DNA from: Sphyrna mokarran
Lineage: Eukaryota
Direction: 5' to 3'
Length of the DNA stretch: 64,000 bases
Assembly (NCBI GenBank): GCA_024679065.1
Contig: JAGIQG010000028.1
Location: 23,002,001 to 23,066,000 of the forward strand
Both the position numbers and the translations under genes were made by a program. This document shows positions 36,733 through 48,160 of this stretch, piece by piece (within the stretch, counting starts at the first letter, position 1; the number at the start of each line of letters is the position of its first letter). Below the pieces are notes generated by a model. That model saw only the letters and a list, made by a program, of their open reading frames with translations, was not told the DNA's origin and searched no databases.

Positions 36733-39700
36733 GGAGGATCGGAGAGGATCATATCATGAGTACACTGCAGATCGTGCTTACTTTGATGCAGTTAGAGGAC
36801 CAGCTGCTGTATTTCCTGAAGACCCTCGTAGGGACTACCGGGCAAGAAGTAGAGATTTTTATGCTGAGTGGGATCCTTACCAAGGTGATTATTATGACCC
36901 TCGCTATTATGAAGATCCACGGGAATATAGAGACTATAGAGATCCATATGAACAGGACATAAGGGAGTACAGTTACAGACAGCGAGAAAGGGAACGAGAA
37001 AGAGAACGTTATGAATCTGATAGAGAACGAGATCATGAAAGGCGAACTTGTGAACGAAGCCAAAGTCCAACACACTCAAGAAGAGCTCAGAGTTGCAGTG
37101 CATCACCAGCACAGTCTGAGAGGCATCAGAGTGACAGCATGGACTCTGAACGCAGGATATACAGTCGATCTTCAGACCGTAGTGGTAGCTGTAGCTCACT
37201 GTCACCACCACGGTATGATAAAGCAGATAAACCTGACAAAATACGAGCAGACCGTTATGACAAAAATGAAAAGGAGAAAGAGCGGCTGTTCGAACCTGAA
37301 AGAGCTGATAAACGGACCCAAAGAAAGGATAAAGTAGAGAAACTGGAAAGAGCGAAAAAATTTGAAAAATCTGAAGCAGAGAAACTTGACAAGAAGGAGA
37401 AAATTGAGAAGCTGAAAATACGGAAGGTAAAACCTCCATCTCCAAGTTCCTTGTCTTCTGAAACAGACCATGAAGTAGACAGAGATCTAAACCCTGATGG
37501 TCTAAAGAATAAAATAAAACAAGGGAAAGAAAAAGCAGAGAAAGAAGGAGCGTCAAAGAATCGTTTGGATTTAATTCCTTGTGTGGTGTTAACTCGAGTA
37601 AAGGAAAGAGAGGCAAAAATGATCGAGCCGTTGGTTGTAGAGAAAGCAAGAGGAAAGCCAGAGAATGACGCTGTCAAATCTCCGCCTACAGAACAGAATA
37701 AAGTGCAGTTAACTAGACTCGACCAGACAAAAATGGAGCTGTCAAAATTGGAACCTACCAGGCCAAAGGTGCTAAAAGAGAAACCGCTTGCCAGCCAAAT
37801 AGAGGTTGTAGATAAGGAAGTAAAAATCAAGCATAAAAAGAATCTCAAACCAGAACCATGTCCTGAAATACCCAATGCACTGGATATCGACAAACTGGAA
37901 GCTAGGAAGAGACGTTTTGCAGATCCAACTTTAAGAACAGACAGGCAAAAGTTAGAGGTTAAGCGAGGCAGTCAGGAGGAAGAGGAACTGCGTCTTGGGT
38001 TAAGAAAGCAACCTGAGCTGGCTGCTTGGAGAGAATTGCCTACGGTGGGTAAAGAAGGAGATTTGGATCGAAGGCCTGCACGGAAAGAATTACTTAAAAA
38101 GGAGCACAGAAAAGTCAAGCAAGAAAAACTAACTTCAGCATTCAGCCCCAGAGAAGGACAGGAGTCTGCCAGTATTTCTGTAGGGATTGGCTTGCGGCCC
38201 AGCACAGAAGCACAGTGCAGATTAAGTGAGCCATCTGAAGAACCAGTGGAAATTCAAGAAACTGGATTGAAAAAGCTGATTACAGCAAAGCCGCCGAATA
38301 AGGGAGTTGTGCAGCCATTGCCCCCGCACCTCGATGAGATGCCAGGGGAAGGAGAGATTAAAAGAGAAGAACGGAAACGAAAGTACAGTGGTACCTCTGA
38401 GGACACAACTGATCACAAGTCTACCCATGAAAAATTACAAACCACTGATTCAGATGAGAAAGTTGGGATTGATATTGATTACACTCAAAGTTATAGGAAA
38501 CAGATGGAACAGAACCGTAGACTTAAACAGCAACAGGAAATGGAAATGGCAAAATCAGAAAAATATAACAGCCCCAGGAAAGAAAATGCAGATGAATTTG
38601 AGAGGAGGAGTTTGGTCCATGAAGTAGGGAAGCCACCTCAGGATGTCACGGATGATTCCCCTCCAGTTAAACGGAGAAAGACTGATCAGTTTGATTTTGA
38701 AATTAGCATGAAACGAGAAAGAAATTACAGAAGTTCTCGACAACTGAGTGAAGATTCTGAGAAAACTGTCCTTTCCCCTGGATTTCGGCATATTCTGTCA
38801 TATCAGGATGAGGATGATAACAATGACTCCCCACATCAGACATTGATACCCAAAGAACCTAAAGATTCTCCAAAACTAGACTCCACCTTTCAAGTTCCTG
38901 TCAGAGAAGAGCCTTTAAAATGCAATGCTTATGAGTCAAGTAGACGAGAACAAATACTGGACTTGGCTAGATTTAAAATAACATCGCAGAGTTCTGACCA
39001 AGAAATACCACGTTGGGAAACTCGTCTAAAACTAGATGCTAGTAAGGCTGATGTTAGTTTTCCCAGTAGCATTATAAAACGAGATGGCATTCGCAAGCGT
39101 TCTGTGCGTGAGTTAGAACCGGGTGAGGTGCCGTCTGATTCTGATGAAGATAATGAACACAAATCTCATTCGCCTAAAGCTTCAACATCTTTTGACAGCT
39201 CTAGATTACCTTTGTGTCTGCGAAATAGGGAAGATAGGTTATCAGATTTAAAGCTATCCAGCTCGCTAGAAAGGAATAAATTCTATTCATTTGCACTTGA
39301 CAAGACAATTACCCCTGATACTAAGGCTTTGCTTGAAAGGGCAAAGTCTCTCTCTTCATCCCGAGAAGAAAATTGGTCATTCCTAGATCGGGATTCTAGG
39401 TTTGCCAGCTTTAGGAAAGACAAAGATAAGGAAAAAGTTGAATCAGCACCACGGCCAATCCCTTCTTGGTATATGAAAAAGAAAAAAATTAGAACAGATT
39501 CTGAAGGCAAAATAGATGAAAAGAAAGAAGACCATAAGGAAGATGAACAGGAGAGACAGGAACTATTTGCTTCACGCTTTTTGCATAGTTCAATTTTTGA
39601 GCAGGATTCAAAACGCCTACAGCATCTTGAAAGGAAGGAAGATGATCTGGATGTTATTTCTGGTAGACTGTTTGGAAGGCAGGGATCTCTAGATGGTTCC

Positions 39701-42700
39701 AGTAATACCCTAGATTTCATACAGGAACCTGTGGTCTTGTTTCACAGTCGGTTCATTGAATTGACACGTATGCAACAGAAGGAAAAAGAAAAGGATCAGA
39801 AACCAAAGGAACTTGAGCGACGGGAAATTGAAAAAGAAGTTCAACCTAAAACACCAGAGCCTGTATCTGAATTGAAAGAACCAGATTTGAAGAGTACGTT
39901 GCCTCTTTTGAGGACTATAGTCCCGCCGCCGCCACCACCGACCACAAATTTCCAGGCAGTAGCTCCTGAACAGCAAGAAACAGTTCAGAATAAAACCGCA
40001 AATGATGCGTTGGTAGCAGAAAGTGGCATTTCCAGCTTGGGGGAGAATCGTACAGAATCTGCCCCTGTGGCTGTTGCACCAAAACCTGTCATTGTTAATG
40101 TGAGCCCCTGTGAAGAAATGGAACCTGCTGTAAACAAGCAGTTAGATGCAAATGTTATTTCAGATCTAGTGGCTACTGAGCAGGAATCAAAGGTTAGAGA
40201 GCATCCCTCTTACTTGGACACCAAGCCACCAACTCCAGGGGGAGCTGATATCCAAGAAATCCACACAAATGTAGAACCAGAAGTACTAGAAATCAATGCA
40301 GTTGCCTCCAAAACTGTCCCAAAAGAAGTGGTACCAGAGGAGCACAAAGATGACAAGAATCTTCCTGTGAGTGCTGAACTGGATATCAACCAGAAAGAAG
40401 AGCATTCAGAAATCCACCCACAGATTTCTGACAATGAAATAGATACTGAACCTTCTGTAGTTTTAAAAGAGAAAAAGACTTCCAAAAGTAAAAGAACAAA
40501 GACTCCCCTTCAAGCAGTCACAACCATTATAGAAAAGCCTGTCACAAGAAAAAGTGAGAGGATAGATCGTGAGAAGCTTAAACGGTCATCTTCACCTCGC
40601 GGTGACACTCAGAAACTACAGGAACAGAAATTAGATGTAGAAAAAGTCTCAAAAAACACAGCAAAGTCTCCAAGTTCTGCTCCTGAATCAGAAACCTCTG
40701 AGCCAAGTCTTCCTTTAGGTCGAACAAGACGCAGAAATGTGCGTTCAGTTTATGCTACTGTTGATGATGGCCCATCCCTAATGAAAGACTCAACAGATAC
40801 ATTGCGTTCAACGAGGAAAAGGGCCGAAAAAGAAATTCAGGAATCGCCTAACATACAAACCCCACCACGACGAGGAAGACCTCCAAAGGCCCGTCGTAGA
40901 CCTGGCGAAGAGGTGCCATGCTTTAAAACCGACCAGGTGAAACAAGACGTGGAGGAAACAGAAACTAAAGACAGCACTGAAAGCACAAAACCTGTTGAAG
41001 GCTGGAAGTCACCTCGATCACAGAAAGCTGCACTGAGTCATTCATCAAGTGCTCAAAGCCATGTTGGAAAGAAAGGAGTAAAAACAGAACCAAGAACTGT
41101 TGAAGTTTGTGCTGAACATACAGATGATAATACAGAACCCTCAGTTGAGCAAAGTTCAACAAGTGAGAATATCATCAAAACCTTGCCCGAGGGAAATGAT
41201 ATAGCAAGTGACCAAAAGCCTGACAAAAATGATGGTACATCAGAGAAGTGTCCTCCAACCAACAGTCCAGGTGAGATAATAGAGAAAAAATCTTCAGAAA
41301 AAGGACCAAAGTCAAAATGTGGCAGAGGGAGGAATGCAAAGGCGAGTGATGACAAAATGTGTCTACGGAATTTGGAAATAAGGCTTAGTTCTGAAGAAGT
41401 AAAAGGTGTTCTCCAGTCAGGTGATGGAGAGACGACTGGGACAACAAAGAAAGACTCACTGAAAAATGACAGTCAGTTGCCCAACATCGTTAAAGAAGAA
41501 GCAGGTGATCCATTTTCAGAACCTCCCAAATCACCAGAAAAAGAAATAGCAAAACCTGAGTGTTCACCAGAAGCTGTACAACGTGCTAAACAGATAGAAC
41601 TTGAAAGAGCAGTGGAGAACATTGCTAAATTAACAGAAATCCCAACTGTACATCCTTACAAAGAGACTACAGATGAGCCAGACGTTCGACCAGAGGAGGA
41701 AGTTGAAAAGCCTGCCCATCAGGCTAGTGAAACTGAGCTTGCAGCAGCGATTGATTCCATCATTGCAGATGAATCAGCAGAACCAGATAGCTTCCCATCC
41801 GCTCCACGATACCCTCCTGAACAAACTGTGGCCGGTCTTCCTGAAGATCAGATAGTCCTTCCTACACCCCCTGACACTTTGCAGCCTGAAACTGATCAGG
41901 CAATTGTTAATATTTTGGAGACCACCCCAGATGTTGGTGCCTCAGGCCGCTTGTTGCCAAAAGCTTCACCTTCGAACCGCTTGGTAGCAAAGGTCTCAGC
42001 TTCGGGTCGTTTGGTTTCTAAAAGCCCAGCTTCAGGACGCTCAATTTCTAAATCTCCTGTTTCAGCAGAGAGTATGGTTACAGAAGTTCCCTCTTCAGTG
42101 GAAAGCGTGGTTTCTGAAGCCGTCATCTCAACAGACAACATAATTTCTAAAGCTTCTACCTCAACAAACAACATAGTTTCTGAAATCTCTGCATCAGTAA
42201 ACTCTGCCTCAACAGATAGCGTGATATCTAAAGTTCCAGTCCCAATGGAGAGCATGATTTCTAAAGCTTCAGTCACAATGGAAAGTGTAATATCTAAAGC
42301 CCCTATCTCTACTGAAAGTGTAATATCTAAAGCTCCTGTTTCAGTGGAGAGCGTGATATCTAAAGTTCCTGTCTCAGTGGAGAGTGTGATATCTAAAGCT
42401 CCTGTCTCAGCTGAGAGTGTGATTTCTAAAGTTCCAATATCAACAGAAAGCATGGTTTCTGAAAATCTCACCTCAACAGACATTGTTTCTCCAGCTCTGT
42501 CCTCTAACAGTTTGGCTTCTAAAACTCTAGCTGTGGACAGTCAGTCAGCAGTTTCAGTTAGTTCAGTTTCCAGGTCTACTTTATTGACTACAGTGGTTGA
42601 GGCAAAGGATGCTGATGTGTGTCTTCAGCAGTCTGGAAATACCTCCCAGAAAACTGAGAGCCTTCCATTGCCAGAACCCGCTGAAGTCCCAAGGGCGTCA

Positions 42701-45397
42701 AGTCGTAGAAACCGTTCAAAACCAAGAATAACAAGGCGTAATAGGCGAGGGAGCACTAGCAGAAGGATGGAACTAGCAGATGGCAACAGCTCTGAGCCTG
42801 AAACGGTGCCTGTTTCTACTGACATAAAACAAAACAATGTTACAGCAGAAACTGTTTTAGAAAAATGTACAAAAAAATCAGCATTGGAACCTGTTTGTGT
42901 TTCTAAGAGTGATATAGACAACTTAACTAGATTAGAAGAGAGTAAATCAAGTGGTATGAAAGCCCCTGAATCAGAAAAGGATTCAACAACTGAAGCTATC
43001 TCACCACAGGATTCACTGCATTCTTCAGCATGTAATGAAGATAACAAAAGCCCTCCATATTTTAAACTAAAGCAACACTCGGGTGAGTATGCACCTGAAG
43101 CTCAACCAAAACAAAGCATGTCACGAATAGCTATTAATGCTTTCCCCACCACTACTAGTGCAAAGATTTCAGTAACACCTGCACCTGTGTTGGGAACTAC
43201 ACATATCAGTTCTGGGGCTATGCCAGACTGGATGCCAAGGCATGAGGCATCTCGTGCTTGTCCCACACCCCCTCCTGCTGCTCCTCCCCCAGATACCAAA
43301 GCTTCTGACCTTGACACCAACTCCAGTACATTGAGAAAAATTCTCATGGAGCCAAAATATGTGTCAGCCACAGGTGTTCCTACCACATTTGTTACTACAG
43401 CTATAAATGAGCCACTGACTTCAGTTCGGACAGAAGAAGCCTTCCCTTCAGGTGAAATTAACAAGTTGGTCTTGGATGAGAAGCCTGCAGTTCCACCTAG
43501 CAGTACTGGGGGGCAACAAATGGCAGAAATGTGCACGTTTAATGAGAAAGATAAACCTGCAAGTTCTTTGATCTCACCCAAAGTCACTTCTGTCATAAGC
43601 AGAATGCCACCAAGTTCAGACCAAGAGGAAACTACAAAAGTAACGGCAAACAGCCGAGGCCCTGCCAACCTTCCACCTCAGTCACCTAATCTCCCAACTG
43701 TGTCACTGACCAAACAGAAACCTAGATCAAACTTGACTGAAAATAGCAGGTACAAGCTTGGGACAGTGGCATTTATTGGGGATGAGTCTCGGCCGGTGGA
43801 TAATATCGCATTAAACCAGGGATCAAGTCCACGTCTGAGAGTAAATACCTCTGAAGGGGTTGTGGTATTGAGTTACTCTGGCCAGAAAACAGAAGGTCCT
43901 CAAAGAATTACTGCTCCAATCAGCCAAATTCCACCAGCTAGTGCAGTGGATATAGAATTTCAACAGTCTGTGTCCAAGTCACAAACCAAACCAGAGCCAG
44001 TTTCACAATCGCAACCTGCGACAAAGGGTTCACAAACTCCATCAGGTTACAGCAATGTGATTGGAACTCATTCCTCAAGCATACTTGCAGGACATGGTGG
44101 CTTTCAGACTTATAACACATCACCTGTGATTTCAAGTGTTAAACAGGAGCATCAAATCCTTGAAAAATCTGAATCTGCTATTCATTCTGGTACACTAACT
44201 GCCTCTCAGCCAGGAGCAGTTAAGATTGTCTACAATCTTCTGCCGAACATTGTGTCTACTAACAAAAAAGGTGGCGAGCCAGTTGTTCCCAAAATTGAAA
44301 CTGTTAAAGTAACCCAGCAGTCAACCCTGAGCCCAGGAATCAGCTCTCACCATGCTGCTATGCCAAGTAAAATGCAATCAGACACTAACCACATCAGTTC
44401 TGGACGTGGCACCCCAACAGAGCGAAGTCTGCCAGTTTCCATTAAACAGGAGCCCCATTCTCCACGCACATCTGTTCATTCCCCTTCTCCCTTTCCCAAA
44501 GTATGCCAGTCGAGTAGCACTTCAACTGCTTCCCAGCCAATGAATGCTAACATGGTTCTGAATGCTGGTCTCACTATGACACAGTTCGTTCCCAGTGTCC
44601 ATTTACCAGAGCAGTCAGTCATTATGCCTCCTCACAGCGTGACACAGACTCAGGTGGTCTCCTTAGGACATCTTTCTCAGGGTGAAGTAAGAATGAATGC
44701 TCCTTCAGTACCAGGTATTCCATATGGCATAAGGCCTGATACTCACCATCCATCCCCTAGAGCTGTGTTGCAACCTCAGATGGAACTTCGTTCGCAGCGA
44801 TCAAGCACACCACAGTCAACGGTTATCAGGGATTTGTGTATGCCTCAGATATCCAATCAGCATCAACCTGATGAAGAATTACTCCATTATCATGGACTTA
44901 GAAGAGGATCGGGTCCTTTACAGCCTGATGTCCTTGTAATGCAGCCAGACTACAGAATCCACCCTGGAGGTTTGCGACTGGACCAATACAACGTGCCCCA
45001 GGAGATGCTGCTACGTGACGTTCGAATGATGTACCCACCTATGACAGCTGTAGGTGATGTCCATAATGAGGCCAGGCAAGCCAGGACACCTGATGGATCT
45101 GTTAAAACTCCTCCTGCTAGTAAAACCCCTCAGCCAGCAAAAGAAGCTCCTAAAACATCAGAAGTGAAAATGGCAAAATCACCTCACAATGAAGCCCGAC
45201 TGATCAATGTCCCCCCTGGAATGCCTATGTCTCAGTCTGTAATGGTCTCCCATGGTGTTCAACTTATGCACCAAGTCCCTAGCTCCTTCCACGACTATCC
45301 ACGTGTGTATCAAGAACTGCGGAACTTCCACCCTTCTCACCTTGGTCATCCACAGTTTGGAGGAATTAACCTACCATCACGCAGCATGACTCCTCAG
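36733..45397 (+). CDS. SPEN: SPEN giant internal exon (8,665 nt): disordered region with receptor-interaction and RBPJ-interaction segments
   Basis: Acceptor tttttcattaacag, donor CAG|gtaaat. Open frame throughout, containing the ORF starting at 37139. SPEN blocks: SSDRSGSCSSLSPPRY, NKFYSFALDKTITPDTKALLERAKSLSSSREENWSFLD, LRVNTSEGVVVLSYSGQKTEGPQRI. Confidence 0.96.
41939..42469 (+). repeat. Coding tandem array: 4 x 30 nt followed by about 12 x 33 nt
   Basis: ASGRLxxKxx-like units x4 (41939-42058), then 11-aa units such as VSVESVISKAP (DNA core gtgatatctaaag), interrupted once by ASVNS. Confidence 0.9.
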
Positions 45398-45689
45398 GTA
45401 AATGCAGCAATTCTTTACCTTCCTTACCCCCCAACTTTCTTCATGAAACATTATTATTTTGAAGTTATTTTTATTTAGAGGGGCAAGTGAGTGACAGAAT
45501 ACAATACAACTTCTGAAATAAGTCCATAAAGAGCAACAATTGTGCTTAGAATGTCCACATTCATCGCTTTCCTGGTGGTCATTATTTCATGTTGACAAGT
45601 CATAAAATCAGCCAAGTTTTGGGACTCTATCACTGCCATTTTTGAGTTTTTAAGAAGCAAGTTCCTGTGCCCAGTTTACTTTAACAGAA

Positions 45690-46440
45690 TTTTAGAATTG
45701 TCAAACACGAATGGGGCCATTTGGGTCATTGTGCCTATGTCAGTTCTTTGAAAGAATTAAACCCAGTCCTGTGCTCTGGACACACAGTACTGTAATTTCT
45801 CCTCTTTGAATAGTTAAGATGATCCAAACTAATGTCTGAAAAGGGTAATGGAAAGATTGAATATGCTTCCATTGCCCCTTTCATACATTCCAAATCATTG
45901 TTAACTTGCTACTTAAAATAACTTCTCATTTCATCTCTGGTTCTTTTACCAATTATATTACATGTTGCCTCCCTTGTTACCAACTCTTCTGAAAGTTTGT
46001 TTACAGTTATCAACCTTTTTGAAAGTTTGTTTACTATATCAAGCCCCTTCATGATTTTGAATGTCTTTATTAAATATTCTCATAACCTTTTTTGCCCTAA
46101 GGAATACAATTCCAACTGCTTTAGTCTTCCACGTAACTGAAATCCCTCATCTACTATACCATTCTAGTAAATTCTCTGCACTCTGTCAGTAAGCCTTGAT
46201 ATCCTCTCTAAAGTTTGATGCCTATTATTGGACATGATACCTCAGCTAGGATCTGCCTATAATTTAAAATAATTTAATATGATTTCATTATTTTTTTATT
46301 CCGTTCTTCACTTCCCATTCGTACCTCTTTGCCCCTCTTCAGAATCTGTGCTTGGCCACTTATTTCTCATCTGCCCCTTGACAAAATCTTTTAAAAACAT
46401 AATGTTTTACATATATTGTGACATGCAGTTCTACCTGAAC
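45690..46440 (-). mobile_element. Old CR1-clade 3' fragment
   Basis: Tail gaatggggccatttgg and decayed ORF2 (gaaatccctcat...accattctagtaaat, ctcagctaggatct). Confidence 0.55.
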
Positions 46441-46847
46441 ACTACCTCTTTTGACTCCACAATTGCCTCTGATTTATCATGCTATTTGTCTGATATTTAG
46501 AATTGGATGAGCAGAAATTCCTCCATTAATAATGGAAAGACTGAAACTATTGTCTTCAGCCACTGCTACTGATTCCATCCAATTCCCAAGCCACTGTTTG
46601 AGGTTGAATCAGATTATTAACAACCCTGTGCTGAGCTTACATAGATGCTCTATCACCAAGACTGTTCATACTCATCTTGTCTGTCTCTGCACTTGTCTCT
46701 GCATTTGCCTGAGGAAGACACAAGAGTCGAAAGCTCACTTTTTTACTATCAAATAAATCGGTTGGATTATAAATTGGTGTTGCTAAATTCTTACTGAGTT
46801 CTGCATTTTCCTCCAGTCATCCGTTACTGTAACCCTAATTTTGTAGA

Positions 46848-47470
46848 AGCATAGAATGGATACAGCACAGGGGAAGGCGCTTTGGTCTGCATGTCTATAT
46901 TGGTTTTCTTGAGCAACTCAGCTAGTCCATTCTCTTCCCACTTCCTCATGGACAATCAGATGTTTTCAATAAATATTTATCTTTTGAAAGCCAGAATTGA
47001 TTCTGTCTCCACCAGTCTCAAAGATGTGCCATTAGGTAGATTAGCCATGCTAAATTTCAGAGGTTATGAGGGTACACCACGCTGTGAGGACCTGGGTAAG
47101 ATGCTTTTTCAGAGTTGGTGCAGACTCGATGGGCTGAATGGCCTCTTTTTGCACTGTAGGGATTCTATGGTTCTAAATGCATTCCAGGCACTGCATGAAA
47201 AAGTTTGTCCTCATGTCACTGTTGCTGCTTTTGCTACTCACGCTAAATCACTATTACTGGTTCTCCACTCTTCAGCTAACAAAGAGTTTCTGTCTGGCTG
47301 CTAGTTTTGAGCACCTCTATTAAATTGTCTCTTCATGGCCTCTTCTCTAAGGAGAACAACTCCAGCTTCTCCAACCTATCTGTATAGCTAAACTCCCTCA
47401 TTTCTGATACAGTTCTCTTATATTTTTTCCACACACTTTCTAATACCTTCATCTTCTTTCTAAGGCTGAG
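46848..47470 (-). mobile_element. CR1 3' fragment interrupted by a + strand SINE 3' half (about 47020-47175)
   Basis: Tail catagaatggatacagcacagg; insert ends gcagactcgatgggctgaatggcc...gggattctatggttcta. Confidence 0.55.
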
Positions 47471-47632
47471 TGTCTTTTTCATAGCTACCTTTATTTGTTA
47501 ATCACTGTTCCCTAAATGTTCTCCAACCAACACATTATCCACTTTCATTCCCCAGACAGGTGCAGTGATGCCTCCTTTCTTGTTGGTTAGAAATGTATTG
47601 GTAGAACGTTCTCCTGAATATATTTTGGTAAA

Positions 47633-47633
<1 letters not shown>

Positions 47634-47665
<32 letters not shown>
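47634..47665 (+). repeat. (TC)n microsatellite, imperfect
   Basis: Direct reading. Confidence 0.85.
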
Positions 47666-47719
47666 TCCCCCCCACCCTCCTCATCTTTTGCCCTTTTATA
47701 TTGTACTATCCATTCAGAA

Positions 47720-48160
47720 AAATTGATTTTCATTTATATAGCACTTTTCACAAGCACCAGAGGCCTCAAAGTACTTTGCAGCCAATGATACACTCTTCAA
47801 GTGCAGCCACAATTGATGGACATGTACAGGCTAATTTTTTGCTCAGTAGCTTTATCAAACAGCAATGAGATAATGATTGGACAATCTGCTTTAGTGATGT
47901 TGATTGAGGAATAAATATTGATTAAGATACTAGGGAGATGATCCTTGCTGTTCCTTGAACAGAATCTTGGCAAAATTTGCATTCACTTGAGATGGTGTTC
48001 AGGCCTTTGATAATATCTCATCAAAAAGATGGCCCTTGTGGCAGTCAGTGGCTTTCCAAATTGTGAGCCTGGAGTAGGTGCTCAAATCTCAGGGGATGGA
48101 TCTTGAACTCATGACCTTTTGACTGAGTCACGAGCTGCCAGTAAGCCAAAGCTAGCACTT
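47720..48160 (-). mobile_element. DeuSINE-type (SacSINE1/AmnSINE-related) SINE
   Basis: L2-type tail catttatatagcacttttcac, core gtgatgttgattgagg.ataaatattg and tctcatcaaaaagatggc, B-box region cttgaactc. Tail fragments also at about 8925-9000 and 10755-10845. Confidence 0.6.

Noticed and set aside
41939-42469. CRISPR-like periodic array
   Set aside because: Head-to-tail in-frame coding repeats without unique spacers, in a eukaryotic exon.
36749-43668. Long antisense ORFs (e.g. 36792-37649, 37255-37893, 41896-42483, 43102-43668)
   Set aside because: Shadows of the biased, repetitive SPEN coding strand, giving low-complexity Leu/Ser/Phe products with no independent signal.
37139-45478. 2779-aa ORF taken as a stand-alone intronless gene
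   Set aside because: The frame is open upstream to an acceptor at 36733, and the last 81 nt run past a clear donor at 45398; it is an internal exon.
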